Below, in pieces: positions 18,681 through 30,275 of a stretch of 64,000 nucleotides of DNA. Source of the DNA: a virus (lineage: Duplodnaviria > Caudoviricetes); IMG/VR virus record IMGVR_UViG_3300047561_000814, positions 1-64,000 of that record. One strand, 5' to 3'. The first letter of the stretch is position 1. The number at the start of each line of letters is the position of its first letter. The notes below the pieces were generated by a model. It did no database searches, had not been told where the DNA came from, and saw only the letters and a list, made by a program, of their open reading frames with translations. A program made the translations under genes and the position numbers.

Positions 18681-21600
18681 ATGGCTGATGTTAATGCTAA
18701 TATTGACATTAATATTGATTCGTCTAATGCATTATCACAGTTAAAAGCATTACAACGTCAGATATCGCAGTTTCACACCTCAATAGCCAGATCAAGTGAG
18801 GCAGCAGCCCTTGCTCAAAAGGGTTTACAAAAAAATCTTTTAAATAGTATAAATGCTATCAGTGGTTTTAGTGCTGAGATGCGAACAGTTAAAACATCTG
18901 CAGAGTCATTCACCCACTCACTAGAAACAAATAAATTTTCAATGCGTGAGTACTTCCGTTATGCGGGAGCATCTACAAAAACATTTGGAAGATTATTTAA
19001 ATCAGAATTTGACACAATTGGTAAAGTAGCCGAAGAACGTACCAAGAGACTACAAACCCAATATATTAAAATGGGTCGTGACACCAACGGGGCAATGAAG
19101 GCAATGAGCATTATGCCTACCCAGTTGAATATGAGCGACTATACAACTAAGGTTCAGATAGCCGCACAGAAACAAGCACTATTTAATCAGTTAATGAAAC
19201 AAGGATCTACCAATCTTTTAAACTTTGGTAAGAATACACAATGGGCTGGTCGTCAGTTAATGGTTGGTTTTACCCTGCCATTAATGCTTATAGGCTCAGC
19301 AGCAACAAAAACTTTTATGGAAATGGAAGCCCAAGCACTTAAATTTAGAAAAGTTTATGGAGATTTGTTTACACCGCAGGCTGAAACTCAAGCAGCACTA
19401 ACTAATATTACAGAACTAGGAAAACAATTTACCAAGTATGGTGTGGCAGTTTCTGCAACCGTTGGTTTAGCAGCGGAGGCTGCAGCAGCAGGTTTTCAAG
19501 GATTAGACTTACAACGTCAAACTACACAAGCAACACGGCTTTCTATTCTTGGTCAAGTTGATAGTCAAAAAGCACTTGAAACAACTATTGCATTACAAAA
19601 TGCTTTTGGTATGTCATCTGAAAGTCTTGCAGATTCTATTAACTTTTTAAACGCAGTAGAAAACCAGACAGTTGTATCTCTTGATGACATCACTACAGCA
19701 ATTCCAAAGGTAGCACCAGTTATTCAACAATTAGGTGGAGATGTAAAGGATTTAACATTCTTTATTGCAGCAATGAAAGAAGGTGGAATTAATGCATCAG
19801 AAGGTGCAAACGCACTTAAGTCTGGCCTTGCAGCATTAATTAACCCAACTAAAAAAGCATCAGAAATGCTTGCCTCATATGGAATTAATGCAACAGCAAT
19901 TGTTGACAAGAATAAGGGTAATCTTAAAGCAACTGTTATTGGTTTTGCAGAAGCATTAAATAGATTAGATCCACTTGCAAGAGCAAGGGCAATTGAACAA
20001 ATGTTTGGTAAATTCCAGTTTGCTCGTCTATCAACATTATTTGCTAACGTAACAAAAGAAGGAAACCAGGCTTCTCGTGTTCTTGATTTAGCAAACTCAT
20101 CTGTTGAACAACTTTCAGCATTGTCTGAAAAAGAATTAGGACAAACTGCAGATTCTTCTATGAATAAATTTAAAAAGAGTGTTGAAGATCTTAAAATTGC
20201 ACTTGTTCCAGTTGGTGAAACTTTCTTACAAACGTTTACGCCACTTATTGATTTTATTGGAAATATTCTTGAAAAATTTGGTAATTTATCTAATGGAACA
20301 AAAAAAATAATTACTTTATTGACAGTTGGTATTGGTGCAATAGGCCCAGTAATACTTATGACATTTGGTTTAATTGCAAACCTAGTTGCAAATGGTATTA
20401 AATTATTTGCAACATTACGTGGTGGATATCAAAGGTTAACTGGTCAATCCCAAATATTAGGAGAACAAACACAGTACATGACTATGGAGCAGTTAGATGC
20501 AGCAGCAGCAGCACACTCTCTTAATCAAACACATGCTACATTAACACAAACTTTTACAGCAGAACGAACAGCAATTAATCAATTAATTTCATCATATAAT
20601 TCAGCAGCAACAGCAGCAAGAAACTTTTCAATGAACAATCCTGGAATGATGATGCCAGGGCGAGGTGCTAGAAAATTTGCAAGCGGTATTGTAAGTGTTC
20701 CAGGACCAAAGGGAGCAGGAGATGTAGTTCCAGCAATGCTGTCTCCAGGGGAATCAGTTATTCCAGCAGACATGACAAAGAAATATGCACCATTAATTAA
20801 TGGAATGATTGCAAATAACATACCTGGATATGAAATTGGTAAAGGATTTAAAAATGCAACAATGTTTTTACCAGAATCAATTAATACACTTATGGGGCAG
20901 TCAAGTGGAAAAGGCGTTCCAACTGGAGATGTTTCCAAATATTTAGGTCAAGCAGGTGGATCATCAATGGCACCACTTGTTGCTGTCATTGCAAGAGAAA
21001 TTAAAGTTGGTCTTAATAACCCTAAATTTAAACAAGAATGGTCTACTATAGCAAGTCTTTTTGCACAAACAGCAACAGATGCATTAAATCAATCTGGAAA
21101 ACAGTTTATTAAAGATGCAGATCTTGAGCAAATAGTTGTACCAGCACTTCGTGAAGCAGCAAAAGGAATACAGGTTGCTGGAAAAGATATTGATGTTGCA
21201 CTTGAAAATGCTATTAATCAAATTAGAACCGTAGGTCCAGTAGGTGTAGGGTCTGGATCTTTAGGCGGAATTGGAAGAACAACTTTTGCAGGATCATACA
21301 GAGGAGCAAGAACTGTAGCACAAAAGTTTGCTGCAGAAGAAAATCCATCAGCATTTAAACAAACAGAAAGACTATCTCAAAGTAGAGGAACAACTGTTAA
21401 ATCCTTCCAAACATTAAATCCAATGTTAAATAAATGGGAAGTTGCAACAATGTCCCATATTACAACATCTGTTACTGCAAGTGCAGAAGAATTAACAAAA
21501 AAGATGACTCCATATCTTGGAGATGTTGGAGAAAAAATAACCAAGGCAATTACAAAAGATATTACAAAAGGAGCAATTCAAGCAGCAGGAACAGGGCAAC

Positions 21601-24600
21601 AGCCTTTTGCAAACTCACCAAAATTTGAACCAAAAACAGATCTTAGTAGAGGTGGCTCATATAGAGGAACAATTAGCAGTTTTGTAACTCAGGAAACCAT
21701 AAGAAAAAATGAAGAACGTGCAAAACTTTTAGCAAGTACTGGCGGTGGTACAAACCTGGTTGCTGGAATAAGAACAGCACAACAGGCAAAGTATGATAAA
21801 GAAGACGCTGCTCTTTTAGAAGCAATGGGAGTAAAAAATGCAAGATCTGCAATTACTGCTACAGAAAAAGAGGCTCAAACAGCATCTCCATCTAGAAGAA
21901 CAAGAAAAATTGGACAAGACATTGCTCGTGGTCTTGAAGTTGGAATGGCAGACAGACAAGACGATGTTGCATTAGCAGGTTCTCAATTAGGTCAGGCTGC
22001 TACAAGTGGAACTGGCAGGGGATCTAGAAGAGTCGCATCTAGACCACAAGGTGCACCAGGATTTATAGCAGGTAATGCACCTAGAACAGGCCTTCCAATT
22101 TCTACTTTAAATGCAGCATATCAAGAAAATGAAATGAAAGATGCAGTAAAAAAACAACAACAAAAAATAGCAATTACTAATCAAAGAATGAACTCATTAA
22201 ACAAAGCATTTATGAGTGGTACATTTGCCCTATCTGCATTATCAGGTGTTGCCTCAATGGCTGGTGGAAATCTAGGAAAATTCTCTGAAATATTATTTCA
22301 AATAACTGGACCACTATTTGCTTTATCCTCTATTATTCAACTGTTAACTGGAAACAAAATAATTTCAATTATTTCTAAATTTAAAGTTGGCTTTGGCATT
22401 GCATCTGTTGGTTTAATTGCTCTTGGTGTTGCAATTAAATTAACTAATGATGCAAGAAAAAGAGAGTTAGATTATATTAATGGTCTTTCAAATGCCATGA
22501 AAACTACAACAGACCAAGTTAAAACACTTGGTGATTTCTTTAGCGTTGTTCCATCAAAACTTCCATTTGAAACTAGAAATAGAGAGGTTGTTTCAAAAAC
22601 AACAAGAACGGCAAGAGATAGGCTAAGAGAAGATCCTGCATTTCAAAAACAATTTGCACCAACAATTAAAACTTTATCAAAGTCTACAGCAGAACAAGCA
22701 CAACTAGCCTTTACATCTTTGGCTCTTAATCTTAAAGCCCAAGGTTTTGCTACTGATCAAGTTCAAACAATCATTGACGCCCTTCGTGAAGAAGCAGGTA
22801 AAACAGATGTTAAGTTAGATGTTAAATCACTTAATTTTTCACCAGAATCAATTAAAGGATTACAAGATCAAATAGCAAAACTACTTGTTACATTTAGTAA
22901 AGATTTTACTCTTAAACCAACTGGAGGACAGAAGTTTTTAAGTGGTTTTATAGCATCATTATTTGGAGAAACTCCACAACTTACAGAAATGACTAATGCA
23001 ACTAAAAAATCTCTTTCAGAGTTAACCACATTTATTACAGAAACATCAAACTCCGCTGCTGGAATGTTTAGGCTTGGACTTATTAGTGGAAAGGAATTTG
23101 AATCAACCTTACTGGCTACTCTTAATACAATAAATGGTCTTGATGCAGTAGCAAAAAGAGTTGCCTTGTTAGAAGTATTTAAAAAACTTGATGTTGATGC
23201 AAAGCCATTTTTATCAACATTATATACAGTAAAACAACAAATGATGTTAATTGCTTTACTAAGTTCTGGAGTTCTTAGTAAAGACAGCCCAATATTAAAA
23301 GCCCTTTCTTCTTCAGATGGAAAAACAAAAATGAGAGGAATTAATGGCTTAACAAAAGCATATAATAATCTTTTTGGATCAATTGAAAAAGTTAATAAAG
23401 AAGATGCAAAAAATAATGGTGACAATGCAGGTGGAGCAGGAAAATTAAATGCACTTCAAGAAAAAATTAAAGCAATTCAAAATCAAACCAAGGCCTATAT
23501 CATACTGCGTAATGCAAAAATTGATGAAGCAACTGCAACAGAATTATCAAATGATGCAGAGATAGCGTCCCTTGTTATTGCAAATAGTAAGGGCAAGTCA
23601 TTACAGCAAATTATTAAATTAATTAATGAATATAAAGCAGCAGTAAAAGGACAATCAGATGCTGAATTAAAATACATGGAAACGCCAAATTTGTTTAAAA
23701 AACAATTAGAGCGATATCAAGCACAGGCAGAACTTAGAGATAAGATAATTGATATTCAATTTGCACCTAAAATAAAGGCAGAAAATGATGCTTTAAAAAC
23801 TCAAGAACAAAATTTACAAAAGGTAAATGATGAAATTCAAAAAATTACAGATTCTCAAATTAAACCAATACAGAACATAATTGATGCAAATAATTTTGCT
23901 CTTGAATCAATATCTTTAAAAGAAGATGCAATTAATGAAAAATATAATACACAGATAGAGTCTTTAGATAAAATTGCAACGATTAATCAGGATATTGCAA
24001 ATATTCAAAAGCAGAGACTATCTATTGCTGATGCACTTACTCGTGGAGATATATCTGCTGCTGCACAACTTGCTCAAGAGGCAAGAGCAGAAAATGCATC
24101 ATCCGCAGTAACTGGACAAAAAGATGCTTTGACAAATACTCGTGATGCTCAAATTAAAACACTTGGAAGAATTGCAATTGAAAAACAAAATAAAGAACTT
24201 CAATTACAAATTAACACAATTGAAAGAGGATCGCTGCTAATTCTGCAACAAAAGAAAGATACAATTGAAACTACAATTGATTCAACTAATAGAAATATTC
24301 AAGCATTAAACTCTGAAGTTGATAGACTAAAAGATGCTACTTTGTATGCTGGAAAAACCAGGACAGAGATTGATAGTCTTGCTGGACTTATTGATGCAGC
24401 AGAAAAAGCAGGAATACCTTTTAATGATTTACTTTTAAGTCAAGCAGGATCTGCTGCAGCACTTGCAAAATCACTTTCAGATGCTGTTACTGCTCAAACC
24501 AATCTAGCATCTTTATCAAGCCTTGTATCAGGTGCAGGTGCAGCAACAGGTGCAAAAACAGTTGCATCAACGGTTGCAGCAACTGGTGTAGGAGCAACAA

Positions 24601-25130
24601 CTGGTGCAAAAACAGGTTCAACCGTAACAGTTAAATCTGGCAACACCCTAAGTGGAATTGCAGCAACAGCAGGAGTAAAACTTGCAGATGTAATAAAAGC
24701 CAATCCACAAATATCAAATCCAAACTTAATTAAACCAGGCCAAGTAATTAATATACCAGGAAAAATGTATGGTGGTTTAATTTCAAAGTACATGGCATTT
24801 GGCGGTAGAGCAATGGGATCCGATACCGTACCAGCAATGTTAACTCCTGGAGAATTTGTAATGAATAAAGCAGCATCAAGGGCATATGGACCATTACTTG
24901 AAAGACTAAATGAATCCAAGTATCCTGGAATGCTTAGTGGTGGCGGACAGACTCAAGTTCCAGTAAATAATATTTCAACATCTGTAAGCGATAACTCTAC
25001 AGCAGTGTATAATTATAATTTAGGATTCAGTATTAATGGCTCCAATGGAAATGCCAAAGATATTGCCAATGCGGTAATGAGAGAAATTAAAAATGTTGAT
25101 TCACAAAGAATCAGAGGACAGAGGCGATAA
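18681..25130 (+). CDS. Tape measure protein with a C-proximal LysM domain
   Basis: 2149 aa, helical and Ala-rich. TP901-like core (INFLNAVENQTVVSLDDITTAIPK, GANALKSGLA). LysM motif VTVKSGNTLSGIA...IKANPQISNPNLIKPGQVINIP near 24620-24760. Confidence 0.93.
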   Translation: MADVNANIDINIDSSNALSQLKALQRQISQFHTSIARSSEAAALAQKGLQKNLLNSINAISGFSAEMRTVKTSAESFTHSLETNKFSMREYFRYAGASTKTFGRLFKSEFDTIGKVAEERTKRLQTQYIKMGRDTNGAMKAMSIMPTQLNMSDYTTKVQIAAQKQALFNQLMKQGSTNLLNFGKNTQWAGRQLMVGFTLPLMLIGSAATKTFMEMEAQALKFRKVYGDLFTPQAETQAALTNITELGKQFTKYGVAVSATVGLAAEAAAAGFQGLDLQRQTTQATRLSILGQVDSQKALETTIALQNAFGMSSESLADSINFLNAVENQTVVSLDDITTAIPKVAPVIQQLGGDVKDLTFFIAAMKEGGINASEGANALKSGLAALINPTKKASEMLASYGINATAIVDKNKGNLKATVIGFAEALNRLDPLARARAIEQMFGKFQFARLSTLFANVTKEGNQASRVLDLANSSVEQLSALSEKELGQTADSSMNKFKKSVEDLKIALVPVGETFLQTFTPLIDFIGNILEKFGNLSNGTKKIITLLTVGIGAIGPVILMTFGLIANLVANGIKLFATLRGGYQRLTGQSQILGEQTQYMTMEQLDAAAAAHSLNQTHATLTQTFTAERTAINQLISSYNSAATAARNFSMNNPGMMMPGRGARKFASGIVSVPGPKGAGDVVPAMLSPGESVIPADMTKKYAPLINGMIANNIPGYEIGKGFKNATMFLPESINTLMGQSSGKGVPTGDVSKYLGQAGGSSMAPLVAVIAREIKVGLNNPKFKQEWSTIASLFAQTATDALNQSGKQFIKDADLEQIVVPALREAAKGIQVAGKDIDVALENAINQIRTVGPVGVGSGSLGGIGRTTFAGSYRGARTVAQKFAAEENPSAFKQTERLSQSRGTTVKSFQTLNPMLNKWEVATMSHITTSVTASAEELTKKMTPYLGDVGEKITKAITKDITKGAIQAAGTGQQPFANSPKFEPKTDLSRGGSYRGTISSFVTQETIRKNEERAKLLASTGGGTNLVAGIRTAQQAKYDKEDAALLEAMGVKNARSAITATEKEAQTASPSRRTRKIGQDIARGLEVGMADRQDDVALAGSQLGQAATSGTGRGSRRVASRPQGAPGFIAGNAPRTGLPISTLNAAYQENEMKDAVKKQQQKIAITNQRMNSLNKAFMSGTFALSALSGVASMAGGNLGKFSEILFQITGPLFALSSIIQLLTGNKIISIISKFKVGFGIASVGLIALGVAIKLTNDARKRELDYINGLSNAMKTTTDQVKTLGDFFSVVPSKLPFETRNREVVSKTTRTARDRLREDPAFQKQFAPTIKTLSKSTAEQAQLAFTSLALNLKAQGFATDQVQTIIDALREEAGKTDVKLDVKSLNFSPESIKGLQDQIAKLLVTFSKDFTLKPTGGQKFLSGFIASLFGETPQLTEMTNATKKSLSELTTFITETSNSAAGMFRLGLISGKEFESTLLATLNTINGLDAVAKRVALLEVFKKLDVDAKPFLSTLYTVKQQMMLIALLSSGVLSKDSPILKALSSSDGKTKMRGINGLTKAYNNLFGSIEKVNKEDAKNNGDNAGGAGKLNALQEKIKAIQNQTKAYIILRNAKIDEATATELSNDAEIASLVIANSKGKSLQQIIKLINEYKAAVKGQSDAELKYMETPNLFKKQLERYQAQAELRDKIIDIQFAPKIKAENDALKTQEQNLQKVNDEIQKITDSQIKPIQNIIDANNFALESISLKEDAINEKYNTQIESLDKIATINQDIANIQKQRLSIADALTRGDISAAAQLAQEARAENASSAVTGQKDALTNTRDAQIKTLGRIAIEKQNKELQLQINTIERGSLLILQQKKDTIETTIDSTNRNIQALNSEVDRLKDATLYAGKTRTEIDSLAGLIDAAEKAGIPFNDLLLSQAGSAAALAKSLSDAVTAQTNLASLSSLVSGAGAATGAKTVASTVAATGVGATTGAKTGSTVTVKSGNTLSGIAATAGVKLADVIKANPQISNPNLIKPGQVINIPGKMYGGLISKYMAFGGRAMGSDTVPAMLTPGEFVMNKAASRAYGPLLERLNESKYPGMLSGGGQTQVPVNNISTSVSDNSTAVYNYNLGFSINGSNGNAKDIANAVMREIKNVDSQRIRGQRR

Positions 25131-25765
25131 TGGCTACTAGTGCTTATTTAACGGGTAGACGCAGGTATACCAGACCCCAAGGCATCTTATGGGCAAACAA
25201 CGCTGGAAGCCTCTCTAATGGCCTATACGTGCCTACTGGGGTAGAGGTAGGGGCCTCCACAACAGAAACAGATCCAGACCTACTAGATCAGTTTATTATT
25301 TTATCTGATCATAATAGAGGGGATATGCAATTTAATACCCAAAGAATTGAGCAACGCCAAAGAACAATTAATGGTCGTATGCGTTCGTATCATATTGCAG
25401 ATAAATTAACTATGTCTGTATCTTGGAACATGCTGCCTTCAAGAGGGTATTCAGGATTGCCCAACTTTAACTCAACAACGGGAGTATCACCAAGTGAAGG
25501 ATCTACAACAGAGTACACAGCAGATGGTGGTGCAGGTGGAGTAGAACTTCTTGATTGGTATGAAACACATCAAGGTCCATTTTTTATGTACCTTGCTTAT
25601 GATAAATATACAAACCTAGAAGGACAAACTTATGAATACAATGGTTTGAACAGATACAATCAAATTATTGAAGTTTACTTTGCAGATTTTAATTATTCAG
25701 TCGTAAAACGTGGGGCAACAAATCATGATCTCTGGAACATATCGGCAACACTGGAAGAAGTTTAA
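25130..25765 (+). CDS. Minor tail protein (distal tail-like)
   Basis: First gene after the tape measure, translationally coupled. Confidence 0.6.
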   Translation: MATSAYLTGRRRYTRPQGILWANNAGSLSNGLYVPTGVEVGASTTETDPDLLDQFIILSDHNRGDMQFNTQRIEQRQRTINGRMRSYHIADKLTMSVSWNMLPSRGYSGLPNFNSTTGVSPSEGSTTEYTADGGAGGVELLDWYETHQGPFFMYLAYDKYTNLEGQTYEYNGLNRYNQIIEVYFADFNYSVVKRGATNHDLWNISATLEEV

Positions 25766-28700
25766 ATGTTTGAAAGTGCCGACCTAAAGAACCACTTTGA
25801 AACATCTGCAACAATACAGACAGAGTCATTAGTTCTGGCTGAGTGGAACATGAATATGCCAGATAATATATTTAAACTTGGCAATTACAGGTATAGATCT
25901 CAAGAACAAAGTTCTCAATTTTTAACATTACCCAACACATTTGATAGCGCAGACGCTGGATTATTTTATACTGGAGCAACAGATGCAGATGTTGTTATTG
26001 ATGGAGGGTTTGAAAATGATGGAACCCCACAAACTTTTACATCTATAAAAGAAAAAAATAAACTTTTATACTCATTAGAAGATTGCATAAAACCATTTAG
26101 ACCAAGATCTGGTATTAATAAAGCAGTTGCTTTTAAAGGTAAATTTTTATCAAACTCTGGCAGCGATCTTGCTAGAAGGCCAAGATATTATATGGCATCA
26201 CGCTATGATCAATTTAAATATTTTACATCTTTTAGAACTGAAAATGGTATTGAAAGAGGTATTGCTAAAAATATAGTTAATGGCAATTACTATATAGACG
26301 ATACTGCCCCATTTGTAGTTTATAAAGAAAATGTACCAGCAAACAGAATTATTGTAAAGATGCAAACCAATGTTGGAGATATAAATCTAGGAGACTTTAC
26401 TGATATTTCTAAAACTTTTGCAGATCCGTTTTTTGGTAATGCAAATAAGACAACACCAACAAGATGGAAAGTTCAGCACCTTGAAGGAAGCAATTGGGTA
26501 GACTCTTATGTGTTTACTGAAAATGACACTCGTGATGATGGATCTCCAATTATTAGTCATGACGGATATGTTGAATTACAATATAGATTAAAAAATATTC
26601 CAGATAATTTTAAGGACAGTTTTGTTTTTGCAGAAACTTTTTCTTCATCTACGCTACTACCAAATGAATCAATAAACGGATATGCATATTTAGTTATTTC
26701 AAATGCAGAAGATATTGGAACTTATTACGTTTGGAACAGCACCACTGAGACATACGATACATTTACTCCTGTCTATGGATGGGTATTGGGAAGTGAACAA
26801 ATTGATAATAAAACAACATTTGTTACAGACCTAACAAGCCCACTATCATTTCAAGAAACAACAAATGGACAAATCGTTTACAGAGAGTTTCAAAATGTTC
26901 GTGGACTAAGAATTGTAGTAGAAAGAATGAACAAATTTGATTCTACTTTTGACTTAATTGAAATGTCTCCAAGATTAGTTGCTAATATATCGGATAAAAC
27001 AATAGACTATAGTGTTAAAAAAATTCTTTCTGATCTTGGCACATCTGCTTTGCCAGTGGGACAGTTGCTTGCTTCAACTGGAAATATATCTTTGTTTGAT
27101 GATGACCAAGCATTTAATAATAACAATACAACTAGCATAGTTAGTGATTATGTTGATAAAAATATTAAATTTAATTTTTATGAAAAAATATTAAATGTAA
27201 GCGGATTTGATTACTGGGTTCCAATTAAAACACTCTACTCTGATGGATTTCCACAAGCAAGCGTTACTGCTGGCACATTGGATATATCTTTAAGAGACTT
27301 TTATTTTTTCTTAGAGTCTATGCCTGCACCAAGAATGTTGGTAACAGAAGTATCGCTTAGTTATGCAATTAGTTTAATTCTTGATTATATTGGGTTTAGC
27401 AACTACGCATTTTATAAAACAACAAACGAACCAGATCCAATCATTCCGTATTTTTTTATTGCTCCAGATCAAACGGTAGCAGAAGTATTAAATCAACTTG
27501 CAGTGTCTACACAAACGGCGATGTTTTTTGATGAGTATAACAATTTTATTGTAATGAGCAAAAACTATATGCTTCCAGACATAGACGATAGAACTTCTAG
27601 CATGGTTCTGTCTGGATCTAACAACCAATCTGTTAGCGGTATTGTTGAAAACTTACCTTCAGGAACGCTTCCAAATATTCTTTCAATTGCATCTCAAGAC
27701 AAAAAAGTTTATAATAACGGAAAGATTAATTATACAAGCAGATACATTCAAAGATCTTACGGATCTATTCGCCAAGCAAGCATGATTGATATAGATAAAA
27801 CTTGGATTTATAAGCCTGCACTTTTATGGGAAGTGTCTGGAACAGATTCAACTAAAACAATTAATGAAGTTGCGTCTAAACAAGGTAAATATGTTTTAGG
27901 AGCAATGCCATTAAATTCTGACCTTACGATATCACCACCAAGTGTAGTTAGTCGTAAAATAATAAATAATATTTTTGATCTTGGAGAAAACGTTTATTGG
28001 CTTACAAGATATCAAGGATACTTTTATTCTAATGGAGAAGTTATTAGATATGATGCTGCACAGTTTAATGTTACCCTTGCAATTTGGTATCCAATATTAT
28101 CAGACGGTATAAATTTAAATGAATCTAAGCCAGAAATTGTTTTACCTGGAAGACTAGCGCCAACAAGCGTTATTGATAGTTTAGACAAAAGAGTTGCAAA
28201 TGGAGAAATTACAGAAGCACAAAAAGGTGAACAAATTCAGGCATGGAGAGTTTCTCACAGACAAGGTAGTAGCAATGTGTGGATTACCAATAATCAGGAG
28301 TATCAAAACTTTTTTAGATCTTTACCTTTTAATGGAAAAATATATCCCACTGGCTTAGTAAGAATTTACACAGTTCCATTTTATGAAGACATTGATGGTG
28401 TTACTCGTTTACAGAATGGCGTAGTTTATGAGCATGGACGTGCTCAGTTTGGAACAGCAATAACAAGTCATACCGCTGGAATAGACACCTATTGGTCAAA
28501 CAATTCCTATGTTAGAGGCTGTGATATGGAAACCCAATATTTATTTACAACTACCTTGCTTGAAGATATTTCTTTGCCAGCAACTGTAATTGGAGCAGCA
28601 GGAGTTAATAACTCTAAAGCACAGCAGACATCAAGAGGCGGAACAATTAAAAACTTTATGTCTTCAAGTTATACAACGGAGACTCCAGTTAACTCAACCA

Positions 28701-30274
28701 CATCTCCTAAAACTGGAACAATTCAATCATCAGCCTTAGTGATGAATGGTCCAACTTTTGAAACAACCGAAACCCCAATTGACTTAGTGTCTTATGTCTA
28801 TAAAGAATTAGACAATTCTTATAAACATTTTGGAACAAGAATGCGTATTATTGGCAAAATTGAAAATAATGAACGTCGCAGTCAAACACCAAATGGAAGC
28901 ACAACATACTACCAGGTTGCTGGAGTTCAGCCAGACCAAGCAGTAAGTATTGGAGGAGGTTCAGGAGGATTAGCAGTATTACTTAATCCAACAACAAACA
29001 ACGGATATTACTTTGAAATTGCTGCATTAACAAGTGACAATATAGAATCATATTTAAAATTAGATAAAAATAATAAATCAGAAATTTCTATTAACAATGT
29101 TGTTTTTTATAAAATTAAAAAAGATGAGTCTAACAATAATGCAATCCCTGTAAAACTTTATGGCGGTCTAGCAAAAATTACAGTTGACGATGGTAGGTTT
29201 ACTGGGCAGTATAGAATGGCGGGTGAAGAAAATCCAACGGTATATGATTTAGCCGTAGAGTATCAAGACATAGGAAAAATAAGAAGGTTTTACTTATATA
29301 TTAACAATCAGTTAATTAAAGTTGTAGACGATCCAGATCCACTTCCAATATATAATAATATGGCTCCATTTGTTCGTGGTTCATCTAGAATCATGTTTGA
29401 AAACATTTATGCTTTATCACAAAACTATTCTCAAAATAGTGTTTTCACAGTTGGAGAAACACTATCTTCTGCTTTTGGAGATAATGAAATAAGTGCTAGT
29501 GAATCTTTAAGAAAATATGCAATGAGCGGTATGGTTCAAGCAACCTACCTATCTGGAATTAGTGCTCAACAACCACCTAAATACAATTTATATTTTGATG
29601 AATTTGGTTCAATAATGAGAGAGTGCGCTTATTTTGATGTTAAGTATGACCGTGCATATCCAGCACTTTACGCTAAGTTATCACCAACTTTTAATAATGT
29701 TAAAGGCTATGTCTCATCTGGTTTTTATGCAGACTCATACGGCGCTGAGTTTTTAATATTTAATGCTACAGACACTGCTCTAAATCTTGATGAAACAAGC
29801 GGTAACTATCTAAGAATTCAAGGCGTTACTTTTACACAAGATACTACGCATGAATTAACAGTTGACGAATACTTTAAAAAACGTAGCAATTTCTCTAACC
29901 CATTATTAACTGGATCTTCTCAAATTGTTTCTCCGCAAGTTGAAAAACAAAGGTTTGATGAAATTAAAAGAAGCAGAATGATTTATGGAAACAATGAGTT
30001 TACCTTAGACACTCCATACATACAGACACAGGATGATGCAGAAAATTTAATGGGTTGGATGATAAATAAACTTATGGTTCCTAAAAAATCAATTGGTTTA
30101 AAAATATTTGCAACTCCAACAATTCAACTTGGAGATATCCTAACAATTAACTATAAAGATTCCAACAATTTAGATTTGGTTACTTCAACTGATTCTAGAT
30201 TTATAGTTTATAATATTGAATATACAAGAAAAATAGATGGTCCAGATATGACTCTTTATTTGGCGGAGGTGTAA
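25766..30274 (+). CDS. Large minor tail/baseplate hub protein
   Basis: 1502 aa in the tail-tip slot. VAEVLNQLAVSTQTAMFFDEYNNF and C-terminal PYIQTQDDAENL...IQLGDILTINY are hub-like. Confidence 0.7.
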   Translation: MFESADLKNHFETSATIQTESLVLAEWNMNMPDNIFKLGNYRYRSQEQSSQFLTLPNTFDSADAGLFYTGATDADVVIDGGFENDGTPQTFTSIKEKNKLLYSLEDCIKPFRPRSGINKAVAFKGKFLSNSGSDLARRPRYYMASRYDQFKYFTSFRTENGIERGIAKNIVNGNYYIDDTAPFVVYKENVPANRIIVKMQTNVGDINLGDFTDISKTFADPFFGNANKTTPTRWKVQHLEGSNWVDSYVFTENDTRDDGSPIISHDGYVELQYRLKNIPDNFKDSFVFAETFSSSTLLPNESINGYAYLVISNAEDIGTYYVWNSTTETYDTFTPVYGWVLGSEQIDNKTTFVTDLTSPLSFQETTNGQIVYREFQNVRGLRIVVERMNKFDSTFDLIEMSPRLVANISDKTIDYSVKKILSDLGTSALPVGQLLASTGNISLFDDDQAFNNNNTTSIVSDYVDKNIKFNFYEKILNVSGFDYWVPIKTLYSDGFPQASVTAGTLDISLRDFYFFLESMPAPRMLVTEVSLSYAISLILDYIGFSNYAFYKTTNEPDPIIPYFFIAPDQTVAEVLNQLAVSTQTAMFFDEYNNFIVMSKNYMLPDIDDRTSSMVLSGSNNQSVSGIVENLPSGTLPNILSIASQDKKVYNNGKINYTSRYIQRSYGSIRQASMIDIDKTWIYKPALLWEVSGTDSTKTINEVASKQGKYVLGAMPLNSDLTISPPSVVSRKIINNIFDLGENVYWLTRYQGYFYSNGEVIRYDAAQFNVTLAIWYPILSDGINLNESKPEIVLPGRLAPTSVIDSLDKRVANGEITEAQKGEQIQAWRVSHRQGSSNVWITNNQEYQNFFRSLPFNGKIYPTGLVRIYTVPFYEDIDGVTRLQNGVVYEHGRAQFGTAITSHTAGIDTYWSNNSYVRGCDMETQYLFTTTLLEDISLPATVIGAAGVNNSKAQQTSRGGTIKNFMSSSYTTETPVNSTTSPKTGTIQSSALVMNGPTFETTETPIDLVSYVYKELDNSYKHFGTRMRIIGKIENNERRSQTPNGSTTYYQVAGVQPDQAVSIGGGSGGLAVLLNPTTNNGYYFEIAALTSDNIESYLKLDKNNKSEISINNVVFYKIKKDESNNNAIPVKLYGGLAKITVDDGRFTGQYRMAGEENPTVYDLAVEYQDIGKIRRFYLYINNQLIKVVDDPDPLPIYNNMAPFVRGSSRIMFENIYALSQNYSQNSVFTVGETLSSAFGDNEISASESLRKYAMSGMVQATYLSGISAQQPPKYNLYFDEFGSIMRECAYFDVKYDRAYPALYAKLSPTFNNVKGYVSSGFYADSYGAEFLIFNATDTALNLDETSGNYLRIQGVTFTQDTTHELTVDEYFKKRSNFSNPLLTGSSQIVSPQVEKQRFDEIKRSRMIYGNNEFTLDTPYIQTQDDAENLMGWMINKLMVPKKSIGLKIFATPTIQLGDILTINYKDSNNLDLVTSTDSRFIVYNIEYTRKIDGPDMTLYLAEV

Positions 30275-30275
30275 A

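Noticed and set aside
18600-18681. Programmed -1 frameshift at the end of the short tail chaperone
   Set aside because: There is no room for a downstream T frame (21 nt to the tape measure start) and no clear slippery heptamer. The T-like domain is already fused in the upstream paralogue.
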